Assembly: GCA_965219995.1 (NCBI GenBank)
Contig: CBDCOX010000002.1
Span: forward strand, 4,896,001-4,960,000
From: Candidatus Latescibacterota bacterium
GTDB lineage: Bacteria; Latescibacterota; UBA2968; GCA-2709665
DNA: 64,000 nt
Direction: 5' to 3'
Shown one piece after another: positions 16,845-26,647 of this stretch. Position 1 is the first letter of the stretch. Each line of letters starts with the position of its first letter. The notes under the pieces are model-generated. The model saw only the letters and a program-made list of their open reading frames with translations. It searched no databases and had not been told where the DNA came from. The position numbers and the translations under genes were made by a program.

Positions 16845-18743
16845 ATGCTCGAGCCATTGCTTTTTCGCATCCTGGCGGTCCTGCTGAGTATCTTCGTCCT
16901 GGCTGAGGTCAACTATCCGGGACTGACGCCTCAAGCCCAACTGGCTTTCTTTGCCATGTTGGGCTTGAGTCTTGTATTCCTGAAACACCCGGTCCGCGCA
17001 GGCGCACGCGGGCTCCGCCGGACGCTGGAACCCTTCCTCGTTGCGGCGGTTTTCTTCTGCTTCGGCTACGTGCTGATCCAGACCGAACCGGTCTTCGAAG
17101 CCTTCTGGCTGGGGGGCCGCAGTCTGGGCAACCGCGCGGGACTGGAACATCCGCTGGATTGGGCGGTCGGTCTGGCCGGCCTGATTCTCATCCTGGAAGC
17201 GACCCGACGCGCCATCGGGCTCACGCTGCCGCTGCTGTCTCTCGCGTTCCTGGCGTATGCCGCCTTCGGTCACGTCATGCCCGACTGGCTCTTCCCTCAC
17301 AGGGGGTACGGCTGGGAGCGTATTGTCTCCCAGACCTTTCTCCATACGCAGGGCGCATTCGGCATCGCGCTGAAAGTGATGTTTACTTACGTGTTTCTCT
17401 TCGTGCTGTTCGGCACGACGCTGGAAGGGACGGGCGCGACCGGGTACGTACTGGACGCCGCGCGCAGGTTTTTCGGAAGGCGTACCGGCGGACCCGCGAA
17501 GGTTGCCGTTGTCTCGTCGGGGATTATGGGATCACTGTCGGGGAGCGCGGTCGCGAACACGGCCACCACGGGTACGTTCACGATCCCGATGATGCGATCG
17601 GCAGGATTCCGGCCCGTGACGGCGGGGGGGATCGAAGCGGCCGCCAGTTCGGGCGGGGCGCTGGTGCCGCCGATCATGGGCGCCGGCGCCTACATGATGC
17701 TGGAGATGGTGGATCCGGCGGTAACTTACCTGGAGATCGTCAGGGCGGCGCTCATTCCCGCGGTTTTCTACTATACCGCGCTTCTGCTGATCGTCCACTT
17801 CCACGCCCGTCGCATCCGGGTTGCGGCAGGGGATGAAGGAACCCCGGGCCGCCCGCCGGGCGCCCCCGGCGTTGTCTTCCTCGTGGCGCTGGTGAGCCTG
17901 ATCGTGCTGATCGTCCTCGGGTATACGCCGTTCCGGGCGGTCAGCATCGCCCTGGTCTGCACGCTGCTGGCGGCCGCATTGAAGCCGTCGACGCGCATGG
18001 GGCCCCGTTCACTGCTGCGTGCCGTGGAAGGCGCGGCCCACGGCGGCGTGTCTCTCATCGCGGCGGCTGCCTGCGTGGGCATCATCATCGGGGTGGTCAC
18101 CCTCACGGGGATCGGCGCGAGGCTGCCCGGGGCCATACTGCCGCTGGCTCAGGACAATCTGGTACTCGCGCTGATTCTGCTGATGGGTTCCACCATCATT
18201 CTGGGAATGGGCCTGCCGTCGGCCGTTTGTTATCTGCTGATGGCCACGCTCGTCGGCCCCGTCCTGGGCGAACTGGGCGTTGTGCCCCTGGCGGCGCATA
18301 TGTTCATCTTCTATTTCGGGATGATGTCGATGGTGACGCCGCCCGTGGCGCTGGCCGCCTACACCGCCGCCGCGATCGCGAAGGCGGACATCATGCGCAC
18401 GGGTCTTGCGTCATTTCGTTTCGCCCTGGTCGGTTTCGCCCTGCCCTACGCCTTCGTACTGCATCCCGAACTGCTTCTCGTCTCCCCGGACCTTGCGTCG
18501 ACCGTCGTCAACGTCCTCATCGTCTTCGCCGGGATTCTTCCACTGGCCGCGGCAATCTCCGGCTATGGCTTCGCCCCTCTGAATGCCTGGCAGCGCGCGG
18601 TGCTTCTCGTTGCGGCGCTTGTCCTCTTTCTCACTCCGTCAGGAAGTCTTCGGCTCTGGATTCAGGGTTCCGCCGTCCTCGTTGCCGGAATCGTCGCGTT
18701 GATGAACCGGCGGTCCGCCGACCGGGCGTCTTCGTCTCAGTAG
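16845..18743 (+). CDS. TRAP transporter 4TM/12TM fused permease
   Basis: GGPAKVAVVSSGIMGSLSGSAVAN, TGTFTIPMM, PPIMGAGAY, LGMGLP, TPPVALAAY motifs. Confidence 0.92.
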   Translation: MLEPLLFRILAVLLSIFVLAEVNYPGLTPQAQLAFFAMLGLSLVFLKHPVRAGARGLRRTLEPFLVAAVFFCFGYVLIQTEPVFEAFWLGGRSLGNRAGLEHPLDWAVGLAGLILILEATRRAIGLTLPLLSLAFLAYAAFGHVMPDWLFPHRGYGWERIVSQTFLHTQGAFGIALKVMFTYVFLFVLFGTTLEGTGATGYVLDAARRFFGRRTGGPAKVAVVSSGIMGSLSGSAVANTATTGTFTIPMMRSAGFRPVTAGGIEAAASSGGALVPPIMGAGAYMMLEMVDPAVTYLEIVRAALIPAVFYYTALLLIVHFHARRIRVAAGDEGTPGRPPGAPGVVFLVALVSLIVLIVLGYTPFRAVSIALVCTLLAAALKPSTRMGPRSLLRAVEGAAHGGVSLIAAAACVGIIIGVVTLTGIGARLPGAILPLAQDNLVLALILLMGSTIILGMGLPSAVCYLLMATLVGPVLGELGVVPLAAHMFIFYFGMMSMVTPPVALAAYTAAAIAKADIMRTGLASFRFALVGFALPYAFVLHPELLLVSPDLASTVVNVLIVFAGILPLAAAISGYGFAPLNAWQRAVLLVAALVLFLTPSGSLRLWIQGSAVLVAGIVALMNRRSADRASSSQ

Positions 18744-19027
18744 GCGTTGCGCTGTGGAATGCCGTGTTCGTTCAGCCAGGACCTCAGCTGCAATACGTGC
18801 ATGCCCATTTCCCTGGCGAGTTTCCCGAGGCTGATGTACCCGCCCCGATAGGCGGCGAGCGCCTGGCTCTGCCGGAGCGGCAACTCGGCGAACGCGGTCT
18901 GATAACACGCCGAAATCGCGTCCCGCACAAGCTGTCCCCTGCTCTTCCGGCGGATCTCCGCCAGTCTTCTGAGCATTGAGTCCGTCTCTTCATCGAGCTT
19001 GATGTGTAACGTCCTGTCACGCGGCAT
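18737..19027 (-). CDS. RHH/CopG plus UPF0175-like antitoxin-type protein
   Basis: N-terminal ribbon-helix-helix pattern (TLHIKLDEE..SRGQLVRDAI); C-terminal YRGGYISLGKLAREMGM; AGGAG RBS. Confidence 0.7.
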   Translation of the reverse strand: MPRDRTLHIKLDEETDSMLRRLAEIRRKSRGQLVRDAISACYQTAFAELPLRQSQALAAYRGGYISLGKLAREMGMHVLQLRSWLNEHGIPQRNAY

Positions 19028-19056
19028 ATGAGTCTCCTGAAATGGTATCCAATTTA

Positions 19057-19091
19057 TGTATAAATATACAATTTTTCATACAATATTTCAA
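19057..19091 (-). promoter_or_regulatory. Sigma70-like promoter with overlapping palindromic operator
   Basis: Minus strand TTGAAA-17 nt-TATATT; palindrome tgtata-aa-tataca at 19057-19070 covers the -10. Confidence 0.6.
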
Positions 19092-19136
19092 CATCGGGTA
19101 CATCACTAAACGGTGTTCGGCGACATGGGTAACACG

Positions 19137-19350
19137 AAGGCGGTGAGACGTGAGACGGTAGTTAAAGGCGGTGAGACGTAAGACGGTAGACGGTAGAGGA
19201 AGTCATTTACAGTAGTGTTTCTGCAGTAACCGTGCCTGTTTATTTGCCGTTATCGTAACGACAAGAAAAACCATAGAGCACTCAAATCATCTCCCGTCTT
19301 ACGTCTAACGTCTCCCCGAGGGTGAGGGGCAACGGGGCGGAGTAGATTTT
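19137..19350. repeat. Element with inverted heptamer (AGACGNN) arms
   Basis: Left arm 19137-19200 (gagacgtgagacgg..gagacgtaagacggtagacggtagagg); right arm 19290-19317 (tctcccgtcttacgtctaacgtctcccc); homologous ends at 23643-23680 and 24584-24631. Confidence 0.8.
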
Positions 19351-20916
19351 CTACGGCGAAACGCCTCTTTTGTCGGTGGGTCCGAGCAGGCTTTTGAGGC
19401 GGTTGCGGGTGAGGGATATGAAATTGCAGAGAAAGGGGCGGGTTTCGCGGGGGTCGATGATTTCCTCCACCGCGAAGGCTTCCGCGGAGCGGAATGGAGA
19501 CGCGAATTGTCGAAGTTCCTCTTCAAGTTCCTTCTCGCGGGCCTGCGGATCCTCGGAATTTGCGATATCCCGGCGGTAGGCGGCGGCAACGCCACCTTCG
19601 ATGGGCAGGGAGCCCCACTCTCCGGAAGGCCAGGCGATCTTGAAATCCAGTTCGTCCATGTCGCCGGCGGCCATTCCGGCCATGCCGTAACACTTCCGGA
19701 TCACCAGGGTGAGGATGGGTACCCGGACCCGGTGTATCGCGAAGACCGCCTTCATCCCTTCGCGCAGGGTGGCCTCCTGTTCGGCGGCGGTGCCGATCAT
19801 GAAACCGGGGATGTCCACAAAGAAGATCAGCGGGATGTGGAAGCAGTCGCAGAGCTCGATGAAATGCGTCTGTTTCCTGGCCTCGCCGGCGCCCATCGCG
19901 CCGCCCGATACCATGGGGTTATTGGCGACGATCCCCACCGGATGGCCGTTCAGCCGTGCGAGACACGTGATGAGCGCGCGTCCGAACGTCGGCTGGATTT
20001 CAAAGACGGAGCCCTTGTCCGCGACCAGTTCGACCAGGCGGTGCATCGAATAGGGGGAGGTGCGTTCTCGAGGCACAATGGACAGCAGTTCCTCTTCGCG
20101 CCGGTCGACCGGGTCGTCGCTCGCTTCCGCCGGAGGCAGTTCCCATACGTTCTGGGGCATGTAGGACAGAAATCGCCGGATCATGTAAAAGCACTCGCGT
20201 TCCGTATCTACCGCGTTGTCCACCGTGCCGGCCATGTCCACCGCGATGTCGTGTCCGCCAAGGTCTTCCTTTGAAACCTCTACGCCGAGCGCCCGCTTGA
20301 CGAGGGGCGGTCCGCCGGAAAAGATCTGGCTGGTGTGGCGTACCATAACGGACCAGTGCGAGAGGATTGCCCGTCCGGCGGGCCCGCCGGCCGCACTGCC
20401 GAGTACGGCGGAGACAACAGGGACTTCGCCCAGGAGCTGGACGGACCGGCCGAAACTGCTGACGCCGGGGAATACGGTGTACCCCCTCTTTACCGCCCCG
20501 CGGACCGAACCGCCGGCCCCGTCGGCGAGGTTGATGAGCGGAATGAGATACTTGGATGCGAGGTCCTCGATAAAGCCGCCCTGACCCCCCTTTCGTCGGT
20601 GCGTACCGGGACTGCTGCCGCCACGGACGGTGAAATCCTCTCCGCCGATGGCCACGGGCCTGCCGTTGATGCGGGCCACGCCCATGATGTAGGGGGCGGG
20701 CTGCACGTTGATGACGTTGCCGGCCTCGTCGTACTCGCCTGTGCCGCTGAGGCTCCCGACTTCCGTGAACGAACCGCCGTCCACCAGGGCATCGATGCGT
20801 TCGCGAATGGTGAGCTTTCCCTGTCCGTGGTGGCGTTCGACGTTCTCGGTCCCGCCCATCTTTCTGGACCAGGACCGGCGCGCGTCGAGTTCATCGGTTT
20901 CTTTCCGCCAGTTCAT
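19351..20916 (-). CDS. Acyl-CoA carboxylase carboxyltransferase (beta) subunit, PccB-like
   Basis: GKLTIRERIDALVD, DFTVRGGS, SKEDLGG, FIELCDCFHIPLIFFVDIPGFMIG, IIDPRETR. Confidence 0.9.
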   Translation of the reverse strand: MNWRKETDELDARRSWSRKMGGTENVERHHGQGKLTIRERIDALVDGGSFTEVGSLSGTGEYDEAGNVINVQPAPYIMGVARINGRPVAIGGEDFTVRGGSSPGTHRRKGGQGGFIEDLASKYLIPLINLADGAGGSVRGAVKRGYTVFPGVSSFGRSVQLLGEVPVVSAVLGSAAGGPAGRAILSHWSVMVRHTSQIFSGGPPLVKRALGVEVSKEDLGGHDIAVDMAGTVDNAVDTERECFYMIRRFLSYMPQNVWELPPAEASDDPVDRREEELLSIVPRERTSPYSMHRLVELVADKGSVFEIQPTFGRALITCLARLNGHPVGIVANNPMVSGGAMGAGEARKQTHFIELCDCFHIPLIFFVDIPGFMIGTAAEQEATLREGMKAVFAIHRVRVPILTLVIRKCYGMAGMAAGDMDELDFKIAWPSGEWGSLPIEGGVAAAYRRDIANSEDPQAREKELEEELRQFASPFRSAEAFAVEEIIDPRETRPFLCNFISLTRNRLKSLLGPTDKRGVSP

Positions 20917-20980
20917 CCGTACCTCCTGTAGGTCGGGTGTCGGGCCACCCGCTGCATCCGGTTACTGCATTTCCCGGCGG

Positions 20981-22192
20981 TTACGTCGCGTAAACGGTCT
21001 TCTGCCGTGCCAGCGCGTCAATTTCATCGGCTTCGTATCCTGCGACCCGTGTCAGTACGTCCCGGGTGTCGACCCCCACTTCCCGCCCGGCCCAACGCAC
21101 GTCGCCCGGCGTTTCCGAAAGTCCGGGCACGACGCCCGGCAACGTGACGGACCCGAGGACGTCATCCGGCATCTCCAGCAGCATATCTCGCGCGCGGTAG
21201 TGTTCATCGGCGAAAATGTCCCGCAGCGTGAATATCCTGGCGGCGGGTACGGCATTCGCGTCCAGCTTGCGCTCCAGTTCCGTGAGCGGACGCCCCGACG
21301 TCCAGTCGGCGATGATACCGTCGATGTCGTCCTCGTGTCGCGACCGGGCCGTGGGTGTCTTGAAGCGTTCGTCTTCGGCAAGATGCGGGGCGCCCATGCA
21401 CGCGGCCAGGCGTTCGAAGGTGGCGTCGTTGCCTGCGGTGATGTGGATGAAGTCCCCGTCCGCCGTGGGATAGAGGTTGTTGGGCGTGCTGTTCGGCAAC
21501 CTGGACCCCGTGCGGGTGGGAACGGCCCCCAGCGCGGCGAATGCCGGGACGTGGGGTTCCATAAAGCTGAACGCCCCCTCGTACAGCGCCGCGTCGACCA
21601 CCTGCCCGCGACCCGTCCGGGTCCTGGAGAAGAGCGCCATGACCGCGCCGAACGCCGCATACAACCCCGTGATGCAATCCGTGAGGGAGATGCTCACGCG
21701 GCTGGGCGGCCGGTCGGGCTCGCCCGTGATTTCTCTGAGTCCGCCCACCGCCTCGCTGGTCACGCCGTATCCCGGTCGGTGGCGGTAGGGGCCCGTCTGC
21801 CCGTACCCGCTGATCCGGACGAGGATGATGCCGGGGTTGACCCCGGAGAGGGTGTCGTAACCCAGGTTCCACGCCTCCAGCGTTCCGGGCCGGAAATTCT
21901 CGACAACCACGTCTGATGCCTTCACCAGCCGCTTGACGACGTCCTGCCCGTCGGGTGTTCTGAGGTCCACCGAGATGAGATGTTTGTTGCGCAGGATGCT
22001 GGCCGCGTACAGCGAGCGGCCCCGGCTGCGTCTGCCCATCTGGCGCACCGGGTCTCCGGACGGCGGCTCCACTTTGATGACTTCCGCGCCGAAGTCCGCC
22101 AGGAGGCGGCCGCAGAACGGGCCGGAAACGGTGCTGCCCATCTCCAGTACGCGACATCCGGCGAGGGGCCCGTCGTTGGTGGATTGCGCCAT
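20981..22192 (-). CDS. Family III CoA-transferase (CaiB/BaiF)
   Basis: GPFCGRLLADFGAEVIKVEP, RNKH, DVVVENFRPG, ISGYGQTGP; ATG at 22192. Confidence 0.92.
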   Translation of the reverse strand: MAQSTNDGPLAGCRVLEMGSTVSGPFCGRLLADFGAEVIKVEPPSGDPVRQMGRRSRGRSLYAASILRNKHLISVDLRTPDGQDVVKRLVKASDVVVENFRPGTLEAWNLGYDTLSGVNPGIILVRISGYGQTGPYRHRPGYGVTSEAVGGLREITGEPDRPPSRVSISLTDCITGLYAAFGAVMALFSRTRTGRGQVVDAALYEGAFSFMEPHVPAFAALGAVPTRTGSRLPNSTPNNLYPTADGDFIHITAGNDATFERLAACMGAPHLAEDERFKTPTARSRHEDDIDGIIADWTSGRPLTELERKLDANAVPAARIFTLRDIFADEHYRARDMLLEMPDDVLGSVTLPGVVPGLSETPGDVRWAGREVGVDTRDVLTRVAGYEADEIDALARQKTVYAT

Positions 22193-22193
22193 G

Positions 22194-23294
22194 TTATCGA
22201 ACGGCCGGGGGTGGAATTTCGACACAGACCGCGCCCGGTACTTCAACGGGACTGCCGACGGGCTCGAGGGCGCCGGTGTCGGGGACGATCCGGAAACAGG
22301 TGACCGCGTTGCCGCGCTGGTTGGCGGCGAGGAGGTATCTGCCCGCGGGGTCGAATTCAAGGTTCCAGGGCCACGCGCCGCGGGACGGCTCGTGGCCGAG
22401 CGGCGAGAGTTCGCCCGTTGCGCCGTCAATCGACATCACCGCGATGCTGTCGTGTCCGCGGTTGGAGCCGTAGAGGAACCGGCCCGACGGATGGACCCGG
22501 ACGTCCGCGCAGAAGTTCTCGGCGTCGTAGTCATCGGGCAGGGCGGAAAGTGTCTGGCGTTCCGCAAGAGATCCGGTTTCCGCATCGTAGTCGAAGACGG
22601 CGATGGTGCTGTCGAGCTCGTTGATCACGTACGCCCTGCTGCCGTCGGGATGGAATGAGATGTGCCTGGGCCCCGCGCCCGCGCGCGTCGAAACGAACTC
22701 CTGCGCGGCGGGTTCGATGGTGGCCGACGATGCGTCGAGACCGTAGGCCATGACTTTGTCGATACCCAGGTCGGCGGCAAACGCGAACCGGTGGTCGGGC
22801 GAGAGCACGACCGAATGAACGTGAGGCGCTTCCTGGCGCCCGGAATCGACGCTGGATCCTTCGTGCAGGACGACCTGAGAAACCGGTTCGAGATGACCGT
22901 TTTCGTCAATTGGAAGCGCGCTCAGGCTGCCCGATCCGTAGTTTCCGGACAACAGACAGCGGCCGGAGCGGTCAACGCTGAGATAGCAGGGCAGGTCGCC
23001 TCCGGCATGTTCTTCGTTGAGCAGCGTGATGACGCCGGAGTCCGGGTCGATGGAGAACGCCTTGATGCTGCCTCCGGGTCTGCCGTCGAACTCTTCGACG
23101 GCGCAGGCGGCATACAGAAAACGCGCGCCGGCATCGGTGGTCAGAAAGAAGGGATTGTGGACGTCGGGCACCTTTGAGACGGCCTCGAGTTCGCCGGTCG
23201 ATGTATCGAGTTGAAGAATGTGGAGGCCTTCGGTCCGATCGTCTGTATAGGTGCCGACGTAGACCCTGACGTGACCGCCGGTCTGATCTGACAT
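22194..23294 (-). CDS. pgl: 6-phosphogluconolactonase (cycloisomerase 2 family)
   Basis: VYVGTYT, GNYGSG, RQEAPHVH, ADLGIDKV, GAGPRH, YGSNRGHDSI; ATG at 23294 with AGGAGG RBS. Confidence 0.85.
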   Translation of the reverse strand: MSDQTGGHVRVYVGTYTDDRTEGLHILQLDTSTGELEAVSKVPDVHNPFFLTTDAGARFLYAACAVEEFDGRPGGSIKAFSIDPDSGVITLLNEEHAGGDLPCYLSVDRSGRCLLSGNYGSGSLSALPIDENGHLEPVSQVVLHEGSSVDSGRQEAPHVHSVVLSPDHRFAFAADLGIDKVMAYGLDASSATIEPAAQEFVSTRAGAGPRHISFHPDGSRAYVINELDSTIAVFDYDAETGSLAERQTLSALPDDYDAENFCADVRVHPSGRFLYGSNRGHDSIAVMSIDGATGELSPLGHEPSRGAWPWNLEFDPAGRYLLAANQRGNAVTCFRIVPDTGALEPVGSPVEVPGAVCVEIPPPAVR

Positions 23295-23571
23295 GTGCCC
23301 GCCTCCTGCGTTGGAGAGGATCGTTTGTGGTGTGACGACTGTGTGACGTTCGAAGTCTTGGCAAAAGGCCCCGGTTTGTTGTCGATATGTCTGAAATATA
23401 GACGGAAAAGGTGCGAGATCAAAATTTTTTCGCTGCTTCGCGTGCAGAAATTCGAAATCCGGCCTGGGGCTGTGGTCTGCCCCGGTAGTGCGACGCAACC
23501 GCATGCGCCGCGCGTCTTGGATTTTCACCGCCGCGGGAGTATCTTGGAACGGCTTGATGCGGAACCCGCTG

Positions 23572-23601
23572 TGAAGGCGGGCCAGATATTCCTGTCTGCC
23601 C
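23572..23601. repeat. REP-like palindrome family A (GGCAGACA-TTCC-TGTCTGCC), degenerate copy
   Basis: tgaaggcgggccagatattcctgtctgccc; other copies at 37765, 38574 and 39199. Confidence 0.75.
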
Positions 23602-23642
23602 GCGTCGCCGATTGACATCGCGAGGGCATATCGCGAACGGTT

Positions 23643-23680
23643 TTTCCTCTACCGTCTCCCGTCTCCCCTCTCACCGCTTC
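23643..23680. repeat. Heptamer arm (CGTCTNN)
   Basis: tcctctaccgtctcccgtctcccctctcaccgctt; its reverse complement resembles the 19165-19200 arm. Confidence 0.75.
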
Positions 23681-23734
23681 CAGGGGACCGGACGCGACAG
23701 CCAGCGCAATCCCTATCAACCCGCGAGGACATGT

Positions 23735-24580
23735 ATGGATACCGAGCTTCTCCCCACAACCAACGCGGACGGTCTCCCGGTTGTACCGATGACCGACGCG
23801 CAGAAGTACACCTTCGACCTGAAGGGCTGGATCTGTCTGCCCGGTCTGTTCGACGAGGATCAGCTCGACGGGATCCGGCGGCACCAGATGGACTTTCTCT
23901 ACAGCCGCGACTCGCTTCCCCCGGAGGAACGCGACAACCACGGGGGACCGTCGCAGGCGCTTCTGGACCATCCCGCGGTGGTCGGCGTGCTCAACGAAAT
24001 CCTCTCGCATCGCCCGCTCGCAACCGAAGACTGCTACGGGTTCCGCTACGACCACACGTACACCAGCCATCGAAGGGCCGGCCACGACAACTTCCGGCCC
24101 CACGGCGGCGGCGCGTATTTTTCTTTCTCCGGCAATTCCCACATCTACCAGATGCTGCCCGGGAAGGTCCATTCGGGCCTGACCCGCGTGGTGTGGGAAC
24201 TCAACGAGGTGGGCTCCGGAGACGGGGGGACGATGTTTCTCACCGGGAGCCACAAGGCGGCCTTTCCGCGACCCGAGGAAGTCAGCGGCCGGGACAGTTC
24301 GCTGTGGGAGACGTACACCTGCCCGGCGGGTTCGGCGGTGATCTTTACCGAGGCGATCTGCCACACGGGAACCCGCTGGAACAACGAGACCCGCGACCGG
24401 CTGAGTCTGTTCACCTGTTACAATACGGTCAACGCCAAGTGGGGCAAGGGGTGCCCGCCCGCGGAGGTGATCGCCGCGCTGCCGCCCAAACGCCAGTCGC
24501 TGTTCAGAGGCGTCTGGCACGGGATGAGGGAAGTACCCGGCATCAATCAGTACTACGACGACGCCAACCGGGCGGTGTGA
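23735..24580 (+). CDS. Phytanoyl-CoA dioxygenase (PhyH)-like Fe/2OG-fold protein
   Basis: QKYTFDLKGWI, LLDHPAV, PHGGG, GGTMFLTGSHKA, AGSAVIFTEAICHT. The HxD facial-triad motif is atypical (HGG). Confidence 0.75.
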   Translation: MDTELLPTTNADGLPVVPMTDAQKYTFDLKGWICLPGLFDEDQLDGIRRHQMDFLYSRDSLPPEERDNHGGPSQALLDHPAVVGVLNEILSHRPLATEDCYGFRYDHTYTSHRRAGHDNFRPHGGGAYFSFSGNSHIYQMLPGKVHSGLTRVVWELNEVGSGDGGTMFLTGSHKAAFPRPEEVSGRDSSLWETYTCPAGSAVIFTEAICHTGTRWNNETRDRLSLFTCYNTVNAKWGKGCPPAEVIAALPPKRQSLFRGVWHGMREVPGINQYYDDANRAV

Positions 24581-24583
24581 ATC

Positions 24584-24835
24584 AAAACCTCTCCTCCCGG
24601 CCCCACACCCCCGGGGGAGACGTGAGACGGAAGCGTGGCGTGTACGGCGTCTGCGACCTGAGCCGCTCCCTGAGCTTGTCGAAGGGTCGGCGAAGGTCGT
24701 GAAGAAGCGCTGTAAGGGTTGGGTAACACGGGCATTTCGACAAGCTCAATGACCACGTATCGAAAGGGCATTTCGAATGGATAAACAAAAGCGGCGCTTT
24801 TGTTTCGACATGCTTGCTTCGACAAGCTCAGCACA
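24584..24835. repeat. Repeat cluster: AGACG heptamer arm followed by three GAGCTTGTCGAA/TTCGACAAGCTC REP-like units
   Basis: gggagacgtgagacgg at 24615-24630; ccctgagcttgtcgaaggg 24668-24686; ttcgacaagctca at 24736 and 24818. Confidence 0.8.
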
Positions 24836-24922
24836 AACGGTGCAGGCAAGACCGGCAAATCGAGTGCTACGGTGGTTCAATGGTGAAGTATTTTTGTGCC
24901 GGACTAAATAGGAGGTCTTGTG

Positions 24923-25723
24923 ATGAAAGTTGGCGTGTATGCTTCGTATTTCGGCAAGGAAGTGCCCAAGGCATTTCCGGACGTGGAGTCGTTCATCGAC
25001 CTCGCGTACGATTTGAAACTGGACGTCATCGACTTCCGGGTGGACGTGGGTTTCGGCTCCCTGGACCGCGGCTATCTGCGGGACCTGAAGATAAAGTGCC
25101 TGAAAGCCGGGCTTCCCATCGGCTATCTGGCGTCCGGCGGCCATTTCGTGGGGGCGGATGAGGAATTGCGACAGAAGGTGGAGCAGGCGAAGGCCGACGT
25201 GGAAGTGGCCGCTTTCCTGGGCGCGCCGATGATCCGGCTCTTTTGCGGGGCGCCGGGTGACGGTGACCCTGAAAGTGAGATTCGATGTTTCCAGGAAGTG
25301 TGCGATTTCGCGGCCGAGTCCGGGATTATCGTCGGCCTGCAGAATCACCCGAGCACGGGCGACAACGTCCTGCGGATTCTGCGGGAGACCGACCGCGAGA
25401 ATTTTACGTTTATCCTGGACACGGGCCAGTGGGTGGGGTCGCCTGCGCAGAACCGCGGTGTGGGCGATCCGGACGTCGATATCTACCACTTCATGGAACA
25501 GACCGCGCCCTTCGCGTCGTACGTCCGCGCCAAGATCTACAAGATCGACAGCGGCCGGGAGGAGTGGCTGGATTACCCGCGCATCATCGGGATTCTCAAG
25601 TCAGCGGGCTTCAACGGCGTCGTTTCCATCACCTTCGAGGGGCAGGAAGTCAACGAATGTGACGACCGCGAGACATTCAGGCTTGCGGCACAGCACCTGC
25701 GCGAAACCATCGCCTCGGCGTAA
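24923..25723 (+). CDS. Sugar phosphate isomerase/epimerase (xylose-isomerase-like TIM barrel)
   Basis: LGAPMIRLF, VGLQNH, ILDTGQW, LDYPRI..GFNGVVSITFEG; AGGAGG RBS. Confidence 0.85.
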   Translation: MKVGVYASYFGKEVPKAFPDVESFIDLAYDLKLDVIDFRVDVGFGSLDRGYLRDLKIKCLKAGLPIGYLASGGHFVGADEELRQKVEQAKADVEVAAFLGAPMIRLFCGAPGDGDPESEIRCFQEVCDFAAESGIIVGLQNHPSTGDNVLRILRETDRENFTFILDTGQWVGSPAQNRGVGDPDVDIYHFMEQTAPFASYVRAKIYKIDSGREEWLDYPRIIGILKSAGFNGVVSITFEGQEVNECDDRETFRLAAQHLRETIASA

Positions 25724-25784
25724 TTCCACAACGGAACCGCGGCGGTCGGTCTGACGAGGTGCGGCCAACGGTGAATCGACTCTC

Positions 25785-25883
25785 TTCCGTTCCTCGTTTT
25801 CTCGTGCCTTGCGGTTCCTCGTTTCCTCGTGTATTTGTCCTGGTTTTTGGCTTTTATCCTGTTCATCCTGTCCATCCATGTGA
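25785..25883. repeat. TTCCTCG-type repeats plus a copy of the 9-nt-period arm
   Basis: ttcctcgttttctcg..ttcctcgtttcctcg then ttttatcctgttcatcctgtccatccatgt, matching 2655-2684. Confidence 0.75.
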
Positions 25884-25918
25884 ATTCATGTTTTCGAAGT
25901 ATTCAGGCTAACGAGCGA

Positions 25919-26647
25919 ATGCGACGACTGACGGACTACCGTGTCCTGACGTTCGACTGCTACGGCACCCTGATCGACTGGGAGTGCGGCATCTGGGACG
26001 CGTTGCAGCCGCTATTGATGCGCAATCCTGGGTGTGCGATCGAGCGTGCCGACGCGCTCCAGGCCTTCGCCCGATGCGAGTGCGCACAGGAGCGGGCCAC
26101 GCCGGGCATGCGCTATCCCGAGGTGCTGGCGCGGGTGCACCTATCAATCGCGGAGCATCTGGGATTGCGGACGGACAACGAGCTCAACGCGGCGTTCGGC
26201 GGTTCCGTGCCGCACTGGCCGGCGTTTCCAGACACCGCCGATGGGTTGCGCATCCTCAAGCAGCACTACAGTCTCGTCATCCTTTCCAACGTCCACCGCG
26301 ACGGCATCGCCGCCTCGGTCCGCAAGCTGGGCGTCGCGTTCGACGCCATCTATACCGCCGAGGACATCGGCTCGTACAAACCGGCCGACGCCAATTTCGA
26401 GTACCTGCTTTCCCATCTGAAGTCGGATCTGGGGCTCGAGCGATCGGACGTGCTGCACACCGCGCAAAGCCTGCATCACGACCATGTGCCGGCCAGGAAG
26501 TTCGGACTGGCCAACGTGTGGATCGACCGGCAGCGGCTGTCGGAAGGCGGAAGTTTGGGCGCGACCGAACGGGTGGAGACGATGCCCGAAACCGACTACG
26601 TCTTCTTCTCGATGGGAGAAATGGCCGAAGCGGTGGCGGCGGGGTGA
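25919..26647 (+). CDS. HAD-superfamily haloacid dehalogenase type II-like hydrolase
   Basis: LTFDCYGTLIDWE, WPAFPDT, VILSNV, TAEDIGSYKP, LHTAQSLHHDH. Confidence 0.88.
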   Translation: MRRLTDYRVLTFDCYGTLIDWECGIWDALQPLLMRNPGCAIERADALQAFARCECAQERATPGMRYPEVLARVHLSIAEHLGLRTDNELNAAFGGSVPHWPAFPDTADGLRILKQHYSLVILSNVHRDGIAASVRKLGVAFDAIYTAEDIGSYKPADANFEYLLSHLKSDLGLERSDVLHTAQSLHHDHVPARKFGLANVWIDRQRLSEGGSLGATERVETMPETDYVFFSMGEMAEAVAAG

